NCBI RefSeq assembly: GCF_001194135.2
Contig: NC_068982.1
Location: 103,343,621-103,406,325, forward strand
Direction of reading: 5' to 3'
Source of the DNA: Octopus bimaculoides
Taxonomy: Eukaryota
Length of the DNA: 62,705 nt
Shown: positions 1-14,325 of the stretch, in pieces
How the letters are laid out: the number at the start of each line of letters is the position of its first letter
How positions within the stretch are numbered: the first letter of the stretch is position 1
The notes under the pieces: generated by a model
Seen by the model: the letters and a program-made list of their open reading frames with translations, nothing else
Database searches by the model: none
What the model was told of the DNA's origin: nothing
Position numbers and translations under genes: made by a program

Positions 1-41
<41 letters not shown>

Positions 42-44
42 GTT

Positions 45-420
45 TGCTTTCCATGCTAGCATGGGTTGGACGATTTGACTGATGACTGACGAACCAGGCT
101 ACAATCTGATTTGACAGAGTTTCTACAGCTGGATGCCCTTCCTAACGCCAACCACTTCGAGAGTGTAGTGAGTGCTTTTACATGCCACCGGCATGAGGGC
201 CAGTCTCGCGGTACTGGCAATGGTCACGCTCAAATGGTGTTTTTTATGTGCCACCTGCACGGGAGTCAGTCCAGCGGCACTGGCAACGACCTCGCTCGAA
301 TGCTTTGTGCCAGTAAGGCGATGCTGGTAACGATCATGCTCGAATGGTACTTTTTACGTGCCACCAGCATGGAAGCCAGACGGCTGCTCTGGCAGTGATC
401 CCACTCAGATGGTGCTGTTT
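45..420 (-). mobile_element. RTE-LINE-type 3' tail / associated SINE, a very abundant family ending ...CCCATGCTAGCATGGAAAGCGGACGTTAAACGATGATG
   Basis: The same tail directly follows the RTE ORF fragment at 19740-20096 (tail 20383-20563). Other copies at about 5995-6290, 6640-6795, 6955-7170 (-) and 22540-22710, 24040-24255, 38540-38920, 48470-48795, 51530-51795, 55845-55985 (+). Confidence 0.8.
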
Positions 421-562
421 GTGCTCCACTGGTGTGTTTACGTTCCCGTAACTTAGCAGTTCAGCAAACGAGACCGATAGAATAAGTCCTGGGGTTGATT
501 TGTTCGACTAAACGCGGTGCCCCAGCATGGCCGCAGTCAAATGACTGAAACAAGTAAAAGAG

Positions 563-596
<34 letters not shown>

Positions 597-1199
597 TGAT
601 ATCATCAGCATTTCTACTTGGAGAGTTTAAATGTAGTTATAAAAATATGTCCTTCTGTTGAAATGAAAATTCAGTAAATTTCTATATCTTTCTGCAGCTG
701 AGGATTGCTCTGCATTTTACATTTGATATAATGTTCACATTGCTTAAATAAATGAAGTCGCATGAAACAATCGTACTGCATTAACTTTGGATATCCTTGT
801 TGCTTGATGATTTGCTACACTAACTTCAGGAAATCAGCCAGCCTGTTAGCTGATCAATTATCTATATGGTGGGCACACAAGCCAGATAGACTGCTTTCCC
901 ACTATAAAATGGAACAGACTGATGCTTGTAAATGCAAAGTTATTCTCATGGGAAGAATGTACAACTCAACATAGGTTAGTGATTAGTGGCTTCAGAATAG
1001 AAGGACTTAGAGAAACAAGCCAGTTTGGAAAAGGAAGATATGGAAGTTTAAAGACTCAGCAAACAGCGTGAAATTTAAAGAAATTCTGATTAAAACATTT
1101 GATAAAAAAGTGGAGATGTATACTGTAGTGGACAACTGGAGTTTTCTATATGGCAATCTACTGAGGGTTACAGACCATGTTTGTAGCTAGTGCTAAGTC

Positions 1200-2431
1200 C
1201 TGGCCAGATTGAGGGTGATGTGATAGTAGAACAGCTAGTAGATAGTGTATAAAAGCAGAAAGACAGACCTGGAAAGACTGGATAAATGGAAGTAGCTGAG
1301 ATCTATATCGGAAGAGAAACTAAGTGACAGGTTTACATAGCAAAGAGAGAATCAGAAAGTAGATTTGCCAATGTACAACAGTATGAGGATCAAAGGCATG
1401 AGGTGATCTGAATTGCAAGACAGTTGTGGGTGAACGTGTGTGCAGATGGATAATGATACACTTGCACTTAGTGATTCTGAAAGGAAAGAGGCATGGAAGT
1501 GTTACTATTAAATGTGGAGAATGCATGGGAGAAAATTGATTTTCTCAATGTGGGACCAGTTATCCTAGTTGGTAGCAATTAAGGATATGAAAGCAGGTAA
1601 AGCTCCTGGCCCATCAGGAATCACCACTAAAATACTTAAAATATCTGGCAAAGCAGGATGTGGCTTGTGAGAGCCATGTACAGGGTGTTGTTGTTAACGT
1701 GAAAGTTAGCCACAAGCACAGCGAGAAACTTAGAGTACAGGATGGAGTTCACCAGGTTGGTTCTTAGTCCCCTTTATTCATCATAGTCCTCCAGGCCATA
1801 ATAGGAATTTAAGACTGGCTACTTTTGGGAACTACTATATGCTTGGGTAAGAGTAAAGATCCCTTTCAGTCATGAATGACCATGAGATTGCACCTAGAAA
1901 GTTACCCTCCAAGGCATAAGTCTGGGCAAGGTTGTTTACAGAAGACCAGCAGTTGCCCATGCATACTAGTTACCCCTCTTCATGCCACCGATGTTATCCA
2001 AGGGAAAGGCAAAGGTCAATACAGCTTAGCACCAGTGATATCACAACTCATTTCTACAGCTGAGTATCAGCAAAACCTCAAATCAGCTGTGTATCAGCAA
2101 AACCTTGAATCAAAGGGTTTTTAAGTTAACTTAGAAAAGACTAAAGTTCTAGTAAGCAGAAAATAAACAGGACTCTACCCGCTTCTGGTAAATGACCATG
2201 CTTGATATGTGGGAAATGTGTAGGGAGGAATTCTATATAGTGTACTCAGTGCAAATTATGCACACACAAGAGTTGCAATAGAATCACAGAAAAGTTAACA
2301 CAGAAAGTACTGTTTGTATGTGAAAGATGCACAAGTGCCATAAAATTTAAGGATGCATGGGAAATTGATTTTTTTCAAATACTCTGGAGGATTCCTAGAG
2401 GTAGTAGATAATTTCTATTACCTAGGCAACC
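1200..2431 (+). mobile_element. Degenerate RTE-clade LINE RT/C-terminal remnant
   Basis: Broken motifs KAPGPSGI, GVHQ(G).LSP..FIIVL, KVNLEKTKVLVS, a Cys-rich 'C..CGK.VGRNSI.C..C' segment and VVDNFYYLG, which ends at the mariner insertion. Confidence 0.7.
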
Positions 2432-3758
2432 TACGAGGTAGTATCACACAGTTCTTGGACTAGTTCAGTAGCATGCCAACTGATGGCAGCACATGGTTGC
2501 ATGTGTAGTAAGAGCTAGCAGCGAACTTCATGAGGCAGTGTGCTGAGTGACATTGCTGTGTTTACTTTGCAAGTTGTAAAATTTGTGTTTTTGTTATCAT
2601 GTGTATGCTGTAGTCTATGATTTTGTCATGGACAGGAAGTTGGAACAAAGAGCCAAGGTGAAATTTTGCATTAAACTTGGGAAGTTTGCTACAGAGACAT
2701 TGAGCATACTTTGGCAAGCTTACAGCAATGAGGCAATGAGTTGTACACAATGTTTAGAGTGGCACAGGTGCTTCAAAAGCAGAAAAATGTCCTTGGAAGA
2801 CAATGAGCAATCTGGAAGACAATGAGCAATCTGGAAGACCTGTCACGCATGCATCACCCCTGGAAATGTGTAGAAAATTCCTCAGCTTGTGCATGAGGAT
2901 TGTTTGAGGACAACCAATGACATTGCTGATGTTGCTGGTTTGTGATATGGGTCCATGCAGACAATCCTAATGTCTGAATTGAACATGCGGTGTGTTTCTG
3001 CCAAGTTTGTCCTCCACCTGCTGGCCACTGAGCAGAAAGAACATCACTTTGAAGTCTGTCAAAATCTCTGTCAGCATGCTGCTGATGATCCATCCTTCAT
3101 GTCAGTGATCATCACTGGTGATGAGTGTTGGGTCTACAGGTATGACCCTGAGATGATGCAGCAGTTTTCACAGTAGAAGAGCCCTTCATCTCCATGACCA
3201 AAGAAAGTTTGACAGAGCCACAGCTCAATCAAAAATATGATCGTCATTTTTTCGACATCTGTAATATTGTGCATTGATAATTCGTTCCCTAGGGCCAGAC
3301 CCTCAATCGAAAGTTCTGTGACATTTTGAAGTGTTTGATGGAAGATGTTCATCAAAAGTGACCAGATCTGTGGAGTGCAAAGAATTGGATTCTTCACAAC
3401 AACAGTGCACCATCACTGAGCTCTCCTCACTCGTGAGCTTCTTGTCAAAAACAATGTGATGTTGCTTCTGCACCCACCCTATTTGCCAGATTTAGCACCT
3501 GTGGACTTACATTTCTTTCCCAAAATGAAAAGGCAGTTCAGAGGTCACCATTTTAACACTGTTGTCAAGATCCAGAGTGAATCGCAGAAGGTCCTTGACT
3601 TGCTTACGGAAAACAACTTCTAGGCTGGATTCCAAAAGTGGTAGAAATGCTGGGACTGGTGTATTGCTGCACAAGATGACTATTTTGAAGGAGATGATGT
3701 TAATTATTATTTTATAACTACAAAACATTTCATGAAACATTTTGGGTCACAGCTCATT
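2432..3758 (+). mobile_element. Degenerate mariner (DD34D-type) DNA transposon, about 1.3 kb
   Basis: Frameshifted transposase pieces EQRAKVKFCIKLGK, SAKFVLHLL, IITGDECWVYRYDPE, HPPYLPDLAPVD.HFFPKMK. Begins TACGAGG; the right TIR is only degenerate. Confidence 0.88.
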
Positions 3759-3855
3759 TCTTCATTGTTATAATATTTTGTGGTGAATTGTTAGTTCATG
3801 CATTAATAAAGTTTCTTTTCAAAAATTTAACAGATAGTTATATTTTGAGGCTTAC

Positions 3856-3924
3856 TTCAGGTATAATGCTTGCTCTATGATGAATAACTCTGGTTCCTTT
3901 TGAATAAGCTAAAATTACTTTCTC
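3856..3924 (-). CDS. Candidate exon of an unidentified minus-strand gene (69 nt, phase 0-0): EKVILAYSKGTRVIHHRASIIPE
   Basis: tttttctctccatctcccataatatAG acceptor, GAA|GTAAGC donor. The other two frames contain stops. Confidence 0.4.
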
Positions 3925-3975
3925 CTATATTATGGGAGATGGAGAGAAAAAATGTGATGCTTATGCTTTTCTCAA

Positions 3976-4210
3976 GTTATTTCTTTACTACCCACAAGGG
4001 GCTACACACAGAGGGGACAAACAAGGACAGACAAACGGATTAAGTTGATTATATCGACCCCAGTGCGTACCTGGTACTTATTTAATTGACCCCGAAAGGA
4101 CGAAAGGCAAAATCAACCTCGGCGGAATTAGAACTCAGAACGTAGTGGCAGACGAAATACTGCTAAGCATTTCGCCTGGCGTGCTAACGTTTCTGCCAGC
4201 TCGCCGCCTT
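3976..4210 (-). mobile_element. tRNA-derived SINE with a conserved central GCCTTTCATCCTTTCGGGGTCGATAAAATAAGTACC-like domain
   Basis: A/B-box-like head (GGCGAGCTGGCAGAAACGTTAGC...GAGTTCAAATTCC). Related copies at about 32840-33217 (-), 40995-41210 (+), 44755-44890 (-), 54530-54730 (+), 55350-55580 (-). Confidence 0.8.
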
Positions 4211-5951
4211 TAACCATTCAAGTAATGAGTGCCAAATAAAATGCCTTAAATCACAAATGTTTTTTAAAAGTTAGAGATGGAAGGGCAACCATTGAAGCAT
4301 AATGTCCATTGTTGAAAATCTGGAAAGTGAAGGCAGCAAGGGTCTGGTTTCCAATGCTTACAATAAAATGAACTTGTGCTAAACAGCCCAGAATGGATGT
4401 TAATGTTAAACCATTTGATACCAAGCCGGCTGAAACTACCTCTGGCTCTAGTAAAAATGTCTTGTTTTCAAAAGTTCTGAATTAAAATCTTCCACCAAAC
4501 TTTATTCACTATTTATGTTCTTAACACTAACTTAATGATGACTAAGTTATTTTACTAAATTCTTTGTTATATTTAAAGTTATTTTACTAAATTCTTTGTT
4601 ATATTTAAAATTAATTGAAAGAAATACGGAGCATGTCTTGATAAGTTTCAATCTGTAATTGAAACCGTATCCAAGTCTTAACATGGTTATTGTTTACCTC
4701 CTATTCTGTGATGTTTGTCACTTTACAGTGAATGATTTTGTACAAACATGTTTTCTCTCATTAAAAATTAATAATAGAAAATATAAAAATATATTAGATA
4801 TGCTATTTTCATATTAGTAGTTGTCAAACCTGCATCATAGAATTCAAATTTGCTGTTACATAACAATTTAACCCTGTCTAACAATTATGTCCACACACAA
4901 TACACTTACACAGATGCAATTGTACATTCTCATGTATGTATACACATAAACACAGACACACATGCACAGACAGACACACACACACAGACAGACACACACA
5001 CACAGACACACAGACAGACACACACACACACACTTGTAATACTGCTTTCGAATTTTGACACAAGGCCAGCAATTTTGGGGAAATGGGTAAGTGGATTACA
5101 TTGACGCTAGTGCTCAACATACATTTATAATATCACTGTATTCCTGTACTCTCTACTCCCATATACAGTGTGTGTGTGTGTGTGTGTGTGTGCGCGTGTG
5201 TGTATGTGTGTGTGTGTGTGGTTTCCCCATAATTTTCTCAGCCTGTCTGCCTGTTTTTCTGTTTGTCAATCTCCATGCCCTAAACATCCACATGTTATGT
5301 TAATATATTGTCCAACATCATATGGATTTAATAATAACTAGTTGTATCTGGCCTTTCTTAGGTTTATTAATACCTAAAAGACATACAATCATATGGATTT
5401 ACTATATTTTAGATAAATTGCTTTAAAAAAACGCTGATAGGTACAGGTTTATCTATGTGGTAAGATGTTTACTTCCCAACTACTTGGTTCAAGGCTCAGT
5501 GTTCAGTCCCACAGTGCAGCAGTTTGTGCAAGTGTCTTCTACAATAGCCCTAGGCCTACAAAAGCCTTGTGAGTGGATTTGATAGACAGAAACTGGAAGA
5601 AGCCTGTTGTGTGTGTAAGTGCATGTGTGAATGCATATGTGTGTGTATGTATCTATGTTTGTGCTGGTTTGTTTATACCCCTATAACTTAGCTGTTCAGC
5701 AAAAGATACCAATAGAATAAGTACCAGGCTTTGAAAACATTTGTACTGAGTTGATTGGTTTGACTAAAATACTTCAAAGCAGTGCCCCAGCATGGCTGCA
5801 GTCCAACGAGTGAAATATGTAAACGATAAAAAACAATCTTTAGTTGGTCTGGGAATGTCAGTTTACTCAGAACTGTTTGCATCCAAGCAATTCAGAAGAA
5901 TGTTCAAGTTGAGCTTTATAAAACATAAATATTAAACAAAATAATAAACAG

Positions 5952-5997
<46 letters not shown>

Positions 5998-8304
5998 TTA
6001 ATGTCTGTTTTCAATGCTGGTATGGGTTGGATGGCTTGACAGGAATTGGCAATGCCAGGGGCCACACCAGGTTCTATTGTCTGTTTTGGTTTGGTTTTAA
6101 CTGCTGGATACCCTTCCTAATGTCAAGCACTTCACAGAGTGTTTTGGGTGCTTTTTTATGTGTCACCATCCCCAGTACTTTTTAAGGGGCACCAGCACTA
6201 GTGCTTTTTACATGGCACCAGTACCCACACCAATGCTTTTAATGTGGCACCTTGGTTTTAGGATCTAAGTCTGTTGTGATGGGTAGGTCTTCTTGAGTAC
6301 AGCAATATAGAAATTAAAAATCGATACAGTTTCTGACCTTCTCCTTGGAAAGATGTGCCTTTCTCCCAATGCTAAATTTCAGTTACCTAGGTGGAAAACT
6401 GGCCCTAAAACACAGAATTTACAAACATTCATCACTATCATCAGTTATTATCCACTTTTCCATGCATACATGGGTCAGAATTGTAGTGACGTCATTTTGA
6501 GGGTCTCCAGCAAGCATGTGCAGAGTTGGAACTTTCTGGAAGGCCTGCCGAAAGGTCCTTGGATGACGTCAATTTTATTGGGACAGATTTTCTACAGTTG
6601 AATGTTCGTCCTGTCAGCAATCCTCACCTGTTTCCATCATCATCATCGTTTAACATCCGCTTTCCATGCTTGCATGGGTTGGACGATTTGACTGAGGACT
6701 GGTGAAACCAGATGGCTACACCAGGCTCCAATCTGATTTGGCAGAGTTTCTACAGCTGGATGCCCTTCCTAACGCCAACCACTCCGAGAGTGAGGTAATA
6801 TTTCTCATGGCTTGATATGCTTTTTTATAAATGACAATAATTGCTTGTATGATGGCGATGCTTGTTCTGACAACCACATGGTGGTGTCAGAACAAGGGTA
6901 CTCACATATACACCCACACATATTTATATGCACATGTATGTGTATATATATTATCATCATCCTTTAACATCCATTTTCCATATTGGCATGGGTTAGATGG
7001 TTTGACTGGAATTGGTAAGCTGGAGAGCTTGACCAGGCTCCAGTCTGTTTTGGCCTGGGTTCTATAGCTGGATGCCCTTCCTAACACCAACTGCTCTACA
7101 AAGTGCACTGCATGTCTTTTACTTGTCACCGGCATGGGTACTTTTTATGTGTCAGTGATACAAGCGCCAGTCTTCTTTCAGTTCCTGAACAACAGGCTTC
7201 TTTCAGTTTCTGTCTACCAAATCCACTCACAAGGTTTTAATTAACCCAGGTCTGTAGTAGAAGACACTTGCTAAAGGTAGCACATTGTAGGACTGAACCC
7301 TAAATAACACAGTTGGGAAGCAAGCTTTTTAACCACACAGCCACTTTTCTATAATCAGATTACATACACTTGTTTTGCTACAATGCATATATCCACCATG
7401 TTTATTCTTTAGTCTGTTTCAGTTACCATGGCCAAAGCCATGCTGGTGCACTGCCTTTGTGTATCTGTATATGCAATGTTAAGCTGGGTAGCTAGTGAAA
7501 GCATGCTGTGTATTTGGATTGAGATTTGAGAGGTGTTTCAACCAGAATTCTCACAGGCAAATAATACAAGTAGAAATTCTAGGTGGGTAACAACTATAGC
7601 ATAGGTGTAGAGCAGAGGTTCTCAGCCAGCGTCCCTATGGCCCCTGAGGGTCCACATAAGATTTTTGGGGGTCTACGCAACAAAATAGTAAATTGTGAAT
7701 CCATAATAGTATTTCAAGGGCCTCTGAAAAATTTTGTTTTAGATGTATGCATTGGTATGTACTGCAAGAAACTGCTTGGTTTCTTTCTCTAACATTTTAC
7801 ATAGTTCAACTTATGCAAGTTAATGTGTGAAAAACAAAATAGGAATTTTGAAATAAATTTCTATAAAACTAGTTTTTAAACATCAAATGGTTGTTGGGGG
7901 TCAACCTGAATAAAATAGTAATGAAAGGGGTCCGTAGGTAAAAAATGGATGAGAACCCCTGGAGTAGTTTACTTTTTGTAAAGAATGGATGGATGAGCAA
8001 TGTAGAGGCTTCCTCATTGATTTGGAGTAGGTTGTTGTTTAGCCTCAGGTATGATCAAAAATATTCCAGACATGACCAACTTCTCATTTTATGTCTAGGC
8101 ACATGAAAGGTGCAGGCATATCCTGTGGTTAAGAAGTTTGCTTGTTTCATGGTTTTGAGTTCAGCCCCCCCTGTTTGGCACCCCAGGCTGTTCAATGCCT
8201 TGTGAGTGGATTTGGTTGACAAAAACTGAAAGAAGTCTGTCTTACACACACCATGATGTATTTGCATTAAGTATGATATACAGTTGGCTATACATATATA
8301 GATA

Positions 8305-8350
<46 letters not shown>

Positions 8351-9108
8351 NNNNNNNNNNNNNNNNNNNNNNNNNNNNNNNNNNNNNNNNNNNNNNNNNN
8401 NNNNNNNNNNNNNNNNNNNNNNNNNNNNNNNNNNNNNNNNNNNNNNNNNNNNNNNNNNNNNNNNNNNNNNNNNNNNNNNNNNNNNNNNNNNNNNNNNNNN
8501 NNNNNNNNNNNNNNNNNNNNNNNNNNNNNNNNNNNNNNNNNNNNNNNNNNNNNNNNNNNNNNNNNNNNNNNNNNNNNNNNNNNNNNNNNNNNNNNNNNNN
8601 NNNNNNNNNNNNNNNNNNNNNNNNNNNNNNNNNNNNNNNNNNNNNNNNNNNNNNNNNNNNNNNNNNNNNNNNNNNNNNNNNNNNNNNNNNNNNNNNNNNN
8701 NNNNNNNNNNNNNNNNNNNNNNNNNNNNNNNNNNNNNNNNNNNNNNNNNNNNNNNNNNNNNNNNNNNNNNNNNNNNNNNNNNNNNNNNNNNNNNNNNNNN
8801 NNNNNNNNNNNNNNNNNNNNNNNNNNNNNNNNNNNNNNNNNNNNNNNNNNNNNNNNNNNNNNNNNNNNNNNNNNNNNNNNNNNNNNNNNNNNNNNNNNNN
8901 NNNNNNNNNNNNNNNNNNNNNNNNNNNNNNNNNNNNNNNNNNNNNNNNNNNNNNNNNNNNNNNNNNNNNNNNNNNNNNNNNNNNNNNNNNNNNNNNNNNN
9001 NNNNNNNNNNNNNNNNNNNNNNNNNNNNNNNNNNNNNNNNNNNNNNNNNNNNNNNNNNNNNNNNNNNNNNNNNNNNNNNNNNNNNNNNNNNNNNNNNNNN
9101 NNNNNNNN

Positions 9109-9240
9109 TATTTATATAAGGGCATTACTATACAAGAATGCCTCATGCTAAGAGGTAAAAATGTGTTTATTATGGTAGTTTGACCTTAGAGTCCCTTTTA
9201 GCGTGAGGCATTCTTGTATAGTAATGCCCTTATATAAATA
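9109..9240. repeat. Inverted repeat: 43-bp arms (1 mismatch), 46-nt spacer
   Basis: 9109-9151 is the reverse complement of 9198-9240. The left end abuts a gap. Confidence 0.92.
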
Positions 9241-9846
9241 AATATATTTTGGGGAATAAATGATGGATTTTTTCCCTTATGAGGTTTTTTTCACGCTAGC
9301 TACTTGATAAATTCTTATAAAAGAATTCATCCTATTATTGAAATTAAATATATATATATATATACATACATACACATATGTATGTATTTATGAGTGAGAT
9401 TTTTTTCCTTGTGTTTATGTGTATTTGCTGGTTGTTAACAGTGGCATTACTCAGAATGTTGTTATCTAGCTGTCTGTTGTGTAAACATATATGGGTTTCT
9501 TGACTTGTTTTGGCATGTTGCATGACCTTTGTAAAGAAAAGTCCAATTTGTTTTATGTTGCTTATTTCCGTTTCTCCATGTAAACATGTCCAAACTGTTT
9601 GTTTAGTCAATGGACTGACTGATTATTATCTTGCGTGGAAGCAAATGAGAACTCATGATAGGAAGGTCTAAAGAAAACTCATCTGACTCATGCAAGCATG
9701 GAAAAGAGGATGTATCCTTTTTTTATAAGATTGTGGAGTGTGATTTGAGAGAATTTGGTTTCTATTTCAAGCAAGTTGAGCCCCTACATAGAGCTTTTAT
9801 TGAGAAGGTTCTCTCTCTCTCTCACACACACACACACATACATACA

Positions 9847-9882
<36 letters not shown>

Positions 9883-10664
9883 TATATATAATCTGTGTAT
9901 GTGCATCCTTGTGTTTACTCTCCACCCCCATCATTTAATAACTAGTATTAGTTTGTTTATGTTCCCTTGATTTAGTGGTTCAGCAAAAAATAATGGAAAA
10001 GTACCAGACTTCAAAATAATATATATATTGCTGGAGTTGATTTGTTTGACTTAACCTTTGAAGGTGGTGCCCAAGTCCAGTGACTGAAACAAATAAATGA
10101 AGAAATTGAAAGAAATCATTTGCTACACAAACTTCAGGAAGTCAATCAGTGACTTGGTTTCCTATCACTCAAGTGGACAAGAGAGTCAGATTGATTTGTA
10201 TTTCAAAGCAAATTAAACAATCTGGTTCTGAATAAAACCCTTTCCTGATGAGAAATGTACTTTTTCAGCATAGGTTACACATTAGTGACTTTAGGTTGAG
10301 GGAGAAAGGAATTGGAAACACAAAGCAATTAGGGGAGTATGGATGTAACAGCATGTTTTACTCTAGTGCAGGAGAAAATTGAGAACTATAACATGGAAAA
10401 TAGTTGGGCATTCCTAAGGCGTACTCTGCTGAAAGCTGCTATCTGATCTTTTGGATGGAGCAATATCTAAGGTAGTCAGCCAGTAATATGGTGATGGAAT
10501 GAATACTGCATTGTGCTCCAGTGTCTGTTCTGGCATGGTTTCTATTACTAGATTCCTTCCTAATACTAACCACTTTACAAAGTGTACTTAAGTGCTTTTT
10601 CATGGAATTAGCACTAGTGAGGTTGTTATGCTGCTTGCAAGACTAAAATCTTCATCATCATCAT

Positions 10665-12844
10665 TTAGCATCTGATACACAATGTTTTTGGTTTTGCCAT
10701 TGGGTGCATAAATGAATAAATTTTCCGGATTTCCAACTCTAGAGCGTCAGACAAGAGCTGTCCGTGAGACAAAGCAGATTCTGCAAGATTAAGGCCTACC
10801 ACTTCCAATGTCTGATCCTGTGCTTTGTTGATGCTCATTGCAAAGCTCAATCTCAGTGGGAATTGTAGCTTTTTGAAATCAATTTGTGTGTCGGAAGGAA
10901 TCAGAGGAATCTTTGGAATGAAAACATCTTCACCACTTACTCTCCAAGTCAGTATTGTTGCCTCCAACACTGTCTGCACCAATTTTTGTAATAATAAGTC
11001 TCGTGCTGTTGCATAATTTTGTGGGATTAAGGTTTCTTAAAAGCATAACTGGGGCTCCAACCTTTAGATGCAATTCATGTGATGGTAGACCTGAAGGTGC
11101 AAGGCTATTGAGGAATTCAACGGGGTAATGAACAGTGTGATTGTTGTGGAGCACAGTATCAATTGACTTGTATGTCTGACGATCACCAAGCATTTGTTCC
11201 AGAAGGTGATTGTTTATGCCATTGAGTGTGACATTTTTGGCACCAAAATTGCACGTTTTCTCAGCCAACAATGCTCTCTGAATTGTGTGTTCAGATTGGG
11301 GAAAATTCTCGCCAATAGTTCGTGTATATCTGACACCAAATTGCCAAAGGGTAAACACATCTTCCCATCCTGCTCAACAATTACAGCACCGTTTCCAATA
11401 TCCATTAATTACCTGCAGAACTTCTCCATGTGCGCATCACCACCTAACTGCACTCTCATGTTTGTTGTGAGTTACAACTTTTTAACTTTGCTCCAAAAGT
11501 ATGAAGATCTGATGCTCGCATTTACGTCATCTGCTCTTGTTCCCTTTGGAATGACTGGGAGCGTTTGTCGAAAGTCACCTGCAAGGAGTACTGTTAGGCC
11601 ACCCATTAGGCTTGTGTTGCACCTCAGATCTTGAAGTAATCTGTCAAGAGCCTCAATAGCTCCCTTATGACTCATTGTCGCTTCATCCCAAGTGATCAGT
11701 TTGCACTCGGTGAGAATTTTTGATTTTGTAGTGCCACGACTGATATTGCAGGTTACTATCTCTTTTTTCACAAGGTCCAGAGGCAATTTGAAACATGAAT
11801 GAGCTGTGTGTCCGCTTTTTAACAGAGTTGCAGCTATTCCACTTGATGTCACGGCAAGGGCTATCTGTTTATTTTGTCACAGTTTCGCCAAAATAAGATT
11901 GATAATGAATATTTTGCTAGTTCCACCTGGAGAATCGAGAAAGAAGAGATTACCAGTCTTGCTATGAGTGGATGAAATAATGGATTTGAAGGCAGTTTTT
12001 TGATCTTCGTTCAATTTGTGTTCGTTGTCAGCCACAAACACTGCCATTTCTTCAACGTCATAATTGATCTCCCTTACATATTCGATTTCAAGGGTTTTAG
12101 GTGATATATCTGGTTGAGGCAGACCAAAAGCAGCAACTCCACTGCCACCCACGGATTTCACTCGGTTGTGTAGGTCATTGAATGCCTCATTGAATTCAAC
12201 AGTTTCTGATGGGTTCTGCCTTTGAATTCTGCATAGTATATCTTCTGACATGCTTTCTCTGTAATTCTCCAAAAGCATTACAGGATCACTGAAGGTTTAT
12301 GTCATAAGCATGATGGAGTTGAGTTGGCATTTTAGCGACAGAAGCCTCATCAAGTGTTTGGTGCCAGTGAGCATCATCTTCAAGTAGTCCATGTTTGGCA
12401 CAGAGCTCTCCATTAAACATTCGCAGATCTTCAAAATATGTGGGACCTCTGTAGGAGGAGACATAAAAAGATGCACTCTTGTTGATTTGGATGAACTGTG
12501 TAAACTCTCCCAATAGCGTTGCTTTTAAATATCTTTTCTGCCTCATAGGCGATAACTGGAATTCCATGTATACGTTTTACCCATTTTTTCCTGACCAGGT
12601 GTAATGGACAGGTACTTCAAAGCAGGGATCGGGCAAAATTGTCTGTTTTGCATAGGTCAAAGAAAGCTGTAAGAGTTGTTTTTGGGGGATATTGAAATTG
12701 CTGTTGAGCATTATCTTCCGTGAAATAGACATGCTCTCCGTTTTCAAGATGAACAGCTAGATTCACAACTGTTAGATACTGTCTGTGAAGTGGGATGCCA
12801 AATATACGCCAAATTGCCTTGTTTGATGATATATATCTTCCCAA
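10665..12844 (-). mobile_element. Degenerate Helitron Rep/PIF1-helicase coding region (frameshifted, 5'-truncated)
   Basis: RYISS..AIWRIF...LAVHLENG..VYF; FFLDSPGGTSK; GIAATLL..GHTAHS.FKLP; WDEATM; GDFRQTLPVI; YPVEFLNSL.PSGLP.H.L.LKVGAPVMLLRNLNP; QFPLRLSFAMSINKAQ.QTL. Confidence 0.95.
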
Positions 12845-13091
12845 TAGATAGGGGTAATTTCCCTTGGGTGTTTAAATGAAAAATATTAGTTATATGTAGT
12901 AGATGTAAGGATCCCTTCTAGGGGCCCTATTATCGATTTTGTTCAACAATCTAAGTATGTCACGAGGTTTCCAGACATGAGTTCTACTCACGTGTCAAGT
13001 TTCATCAAAATAGATAAAACGATGTAGGAGGTGTTTGGTAACAAACCCATAAACAAACACACCCACAGACAGAATTTTCCACATTTGTAGT

Positions 13092-13144
<53 letters not shown>

Positions 13145-14097
13145 AGAAAGGTGGAGTCCAATTTCATCCTTTTACTTGGGGGGGGGGTTCCAAAGTTAGA
13201 TTTCTAATAAAATTCTTCATATTAAATTTGTAGCTTACTATTGTAAGTATTTTAAAAGAAAATATGAAAATTTTACAAGTATAAGGTGTGTTTTGAGCAT
13301 TTATAGAACACGTATCCTATATAAACAATTCAAGATGGAGAAGAGAAGATGTTAAAAGTTTTATAAAATTTTAATCTATGCATATGATTGTTTCGAATGG
13401 TAACACCAACATGTAAGAAACATGGAAAAAAATTAAATTAATTATAATTAAATTAATATAATTACATATTGCCATTCTCCTCACTGCAAAAATAATACAT
13501 CTGGAAAGTAGTATCAGAAGAATATTATGTTGTTACAGAAGACTATATGGAGTCCATGTCGCATAACTCATTCGGATATTTAAACCATTTTCATTGTATA
13601 CCACTCATAACTATCAAATCACATATAAATTTAAATACAGCTATGATGTCCCATTGGACGCTTATTTTTTTATATGTATACACATATGTATATGTGCATA
13701 TGTATGCACATTGTGTGGGTATGTGCATGTATGTGTATATGTATATGCGTGTATATATTTGTTTGTATATATGTATATATATGTGTGTGTGTGTGTGTGT
13801 GTTTGTGTTTGGTAGCCCGAGGGTATAGTAGACAACACTTGCCCAAGGTGTCATGTGGTTGGGAAGCATGCTTCTTACCACAGCCATGTCTGTACCTATA
13901 TGTGTATGTATGTGTGTGTGTGTTTGTGTGCTGGTGCTTGTGCCTCCCTCTTTTGATATCACATGATAATTGTAAACAAGTGGTGTCATTTGTTTCTAAT
14001 CTCGTATAACAGCATGTTTGGTCATGAGGGAATATTACCTTGCTTGGAAACAAGTGGGTTGGAAACAGGAAGGGCATCTGGTCATAGAAAACGTACC

Positions 14098-14325
14098 TTA
14101 ACCCTTTAGCATTCAGATTATTCTGTCAAATGTGATGCTTATTTATTCATATTGTTTTGAATTAATTATGCATTATGTTGTAGCTTTGAGATTTTGATGG
14201 TGTGTTCGTTTAGCTTTAGAATGACATTGTAGGGTAGGTGTAAGAGGCTGAATCTTGCCAGTTTGAACATAAAACAGTTGGAATATTTGAGCCGGATATA
14301 GCCGGTTTAAACATTAAAAGGTTAA
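14098..14325 (+). mobile_element. TTAA-bounded MITE, about 230 bp, with piggyBac-like ends (TTAACCCTTTAGCATT...AATGCTAAAGGGTTAA)
   Basis: Terminal inverted repeats start TTAA-CCC. Related copies at about 15010-15246, 15900-16128, 20565-20792, 41228-41445, 41890-42088, 48340-48828 (interrupted) and 49278-49504. Confidence 0.75.

Noticed and set aside
6860-6896. 12-bp-stem hairpin CTTGTTCTGACA / TGTCAGAACAAG
   Set aside because: Too short for a pre-miRNA call and there is no second copy or context to support function.
9720-9810. Protein-like frames on both strands (IVECDLREFGFYFKQVEPLHRAFIEK; GLNLLEIETKFSQITLHNLIKK)
   Set aside because: Neither has a convincing pair of splice sites, and both abut repeat remnants.
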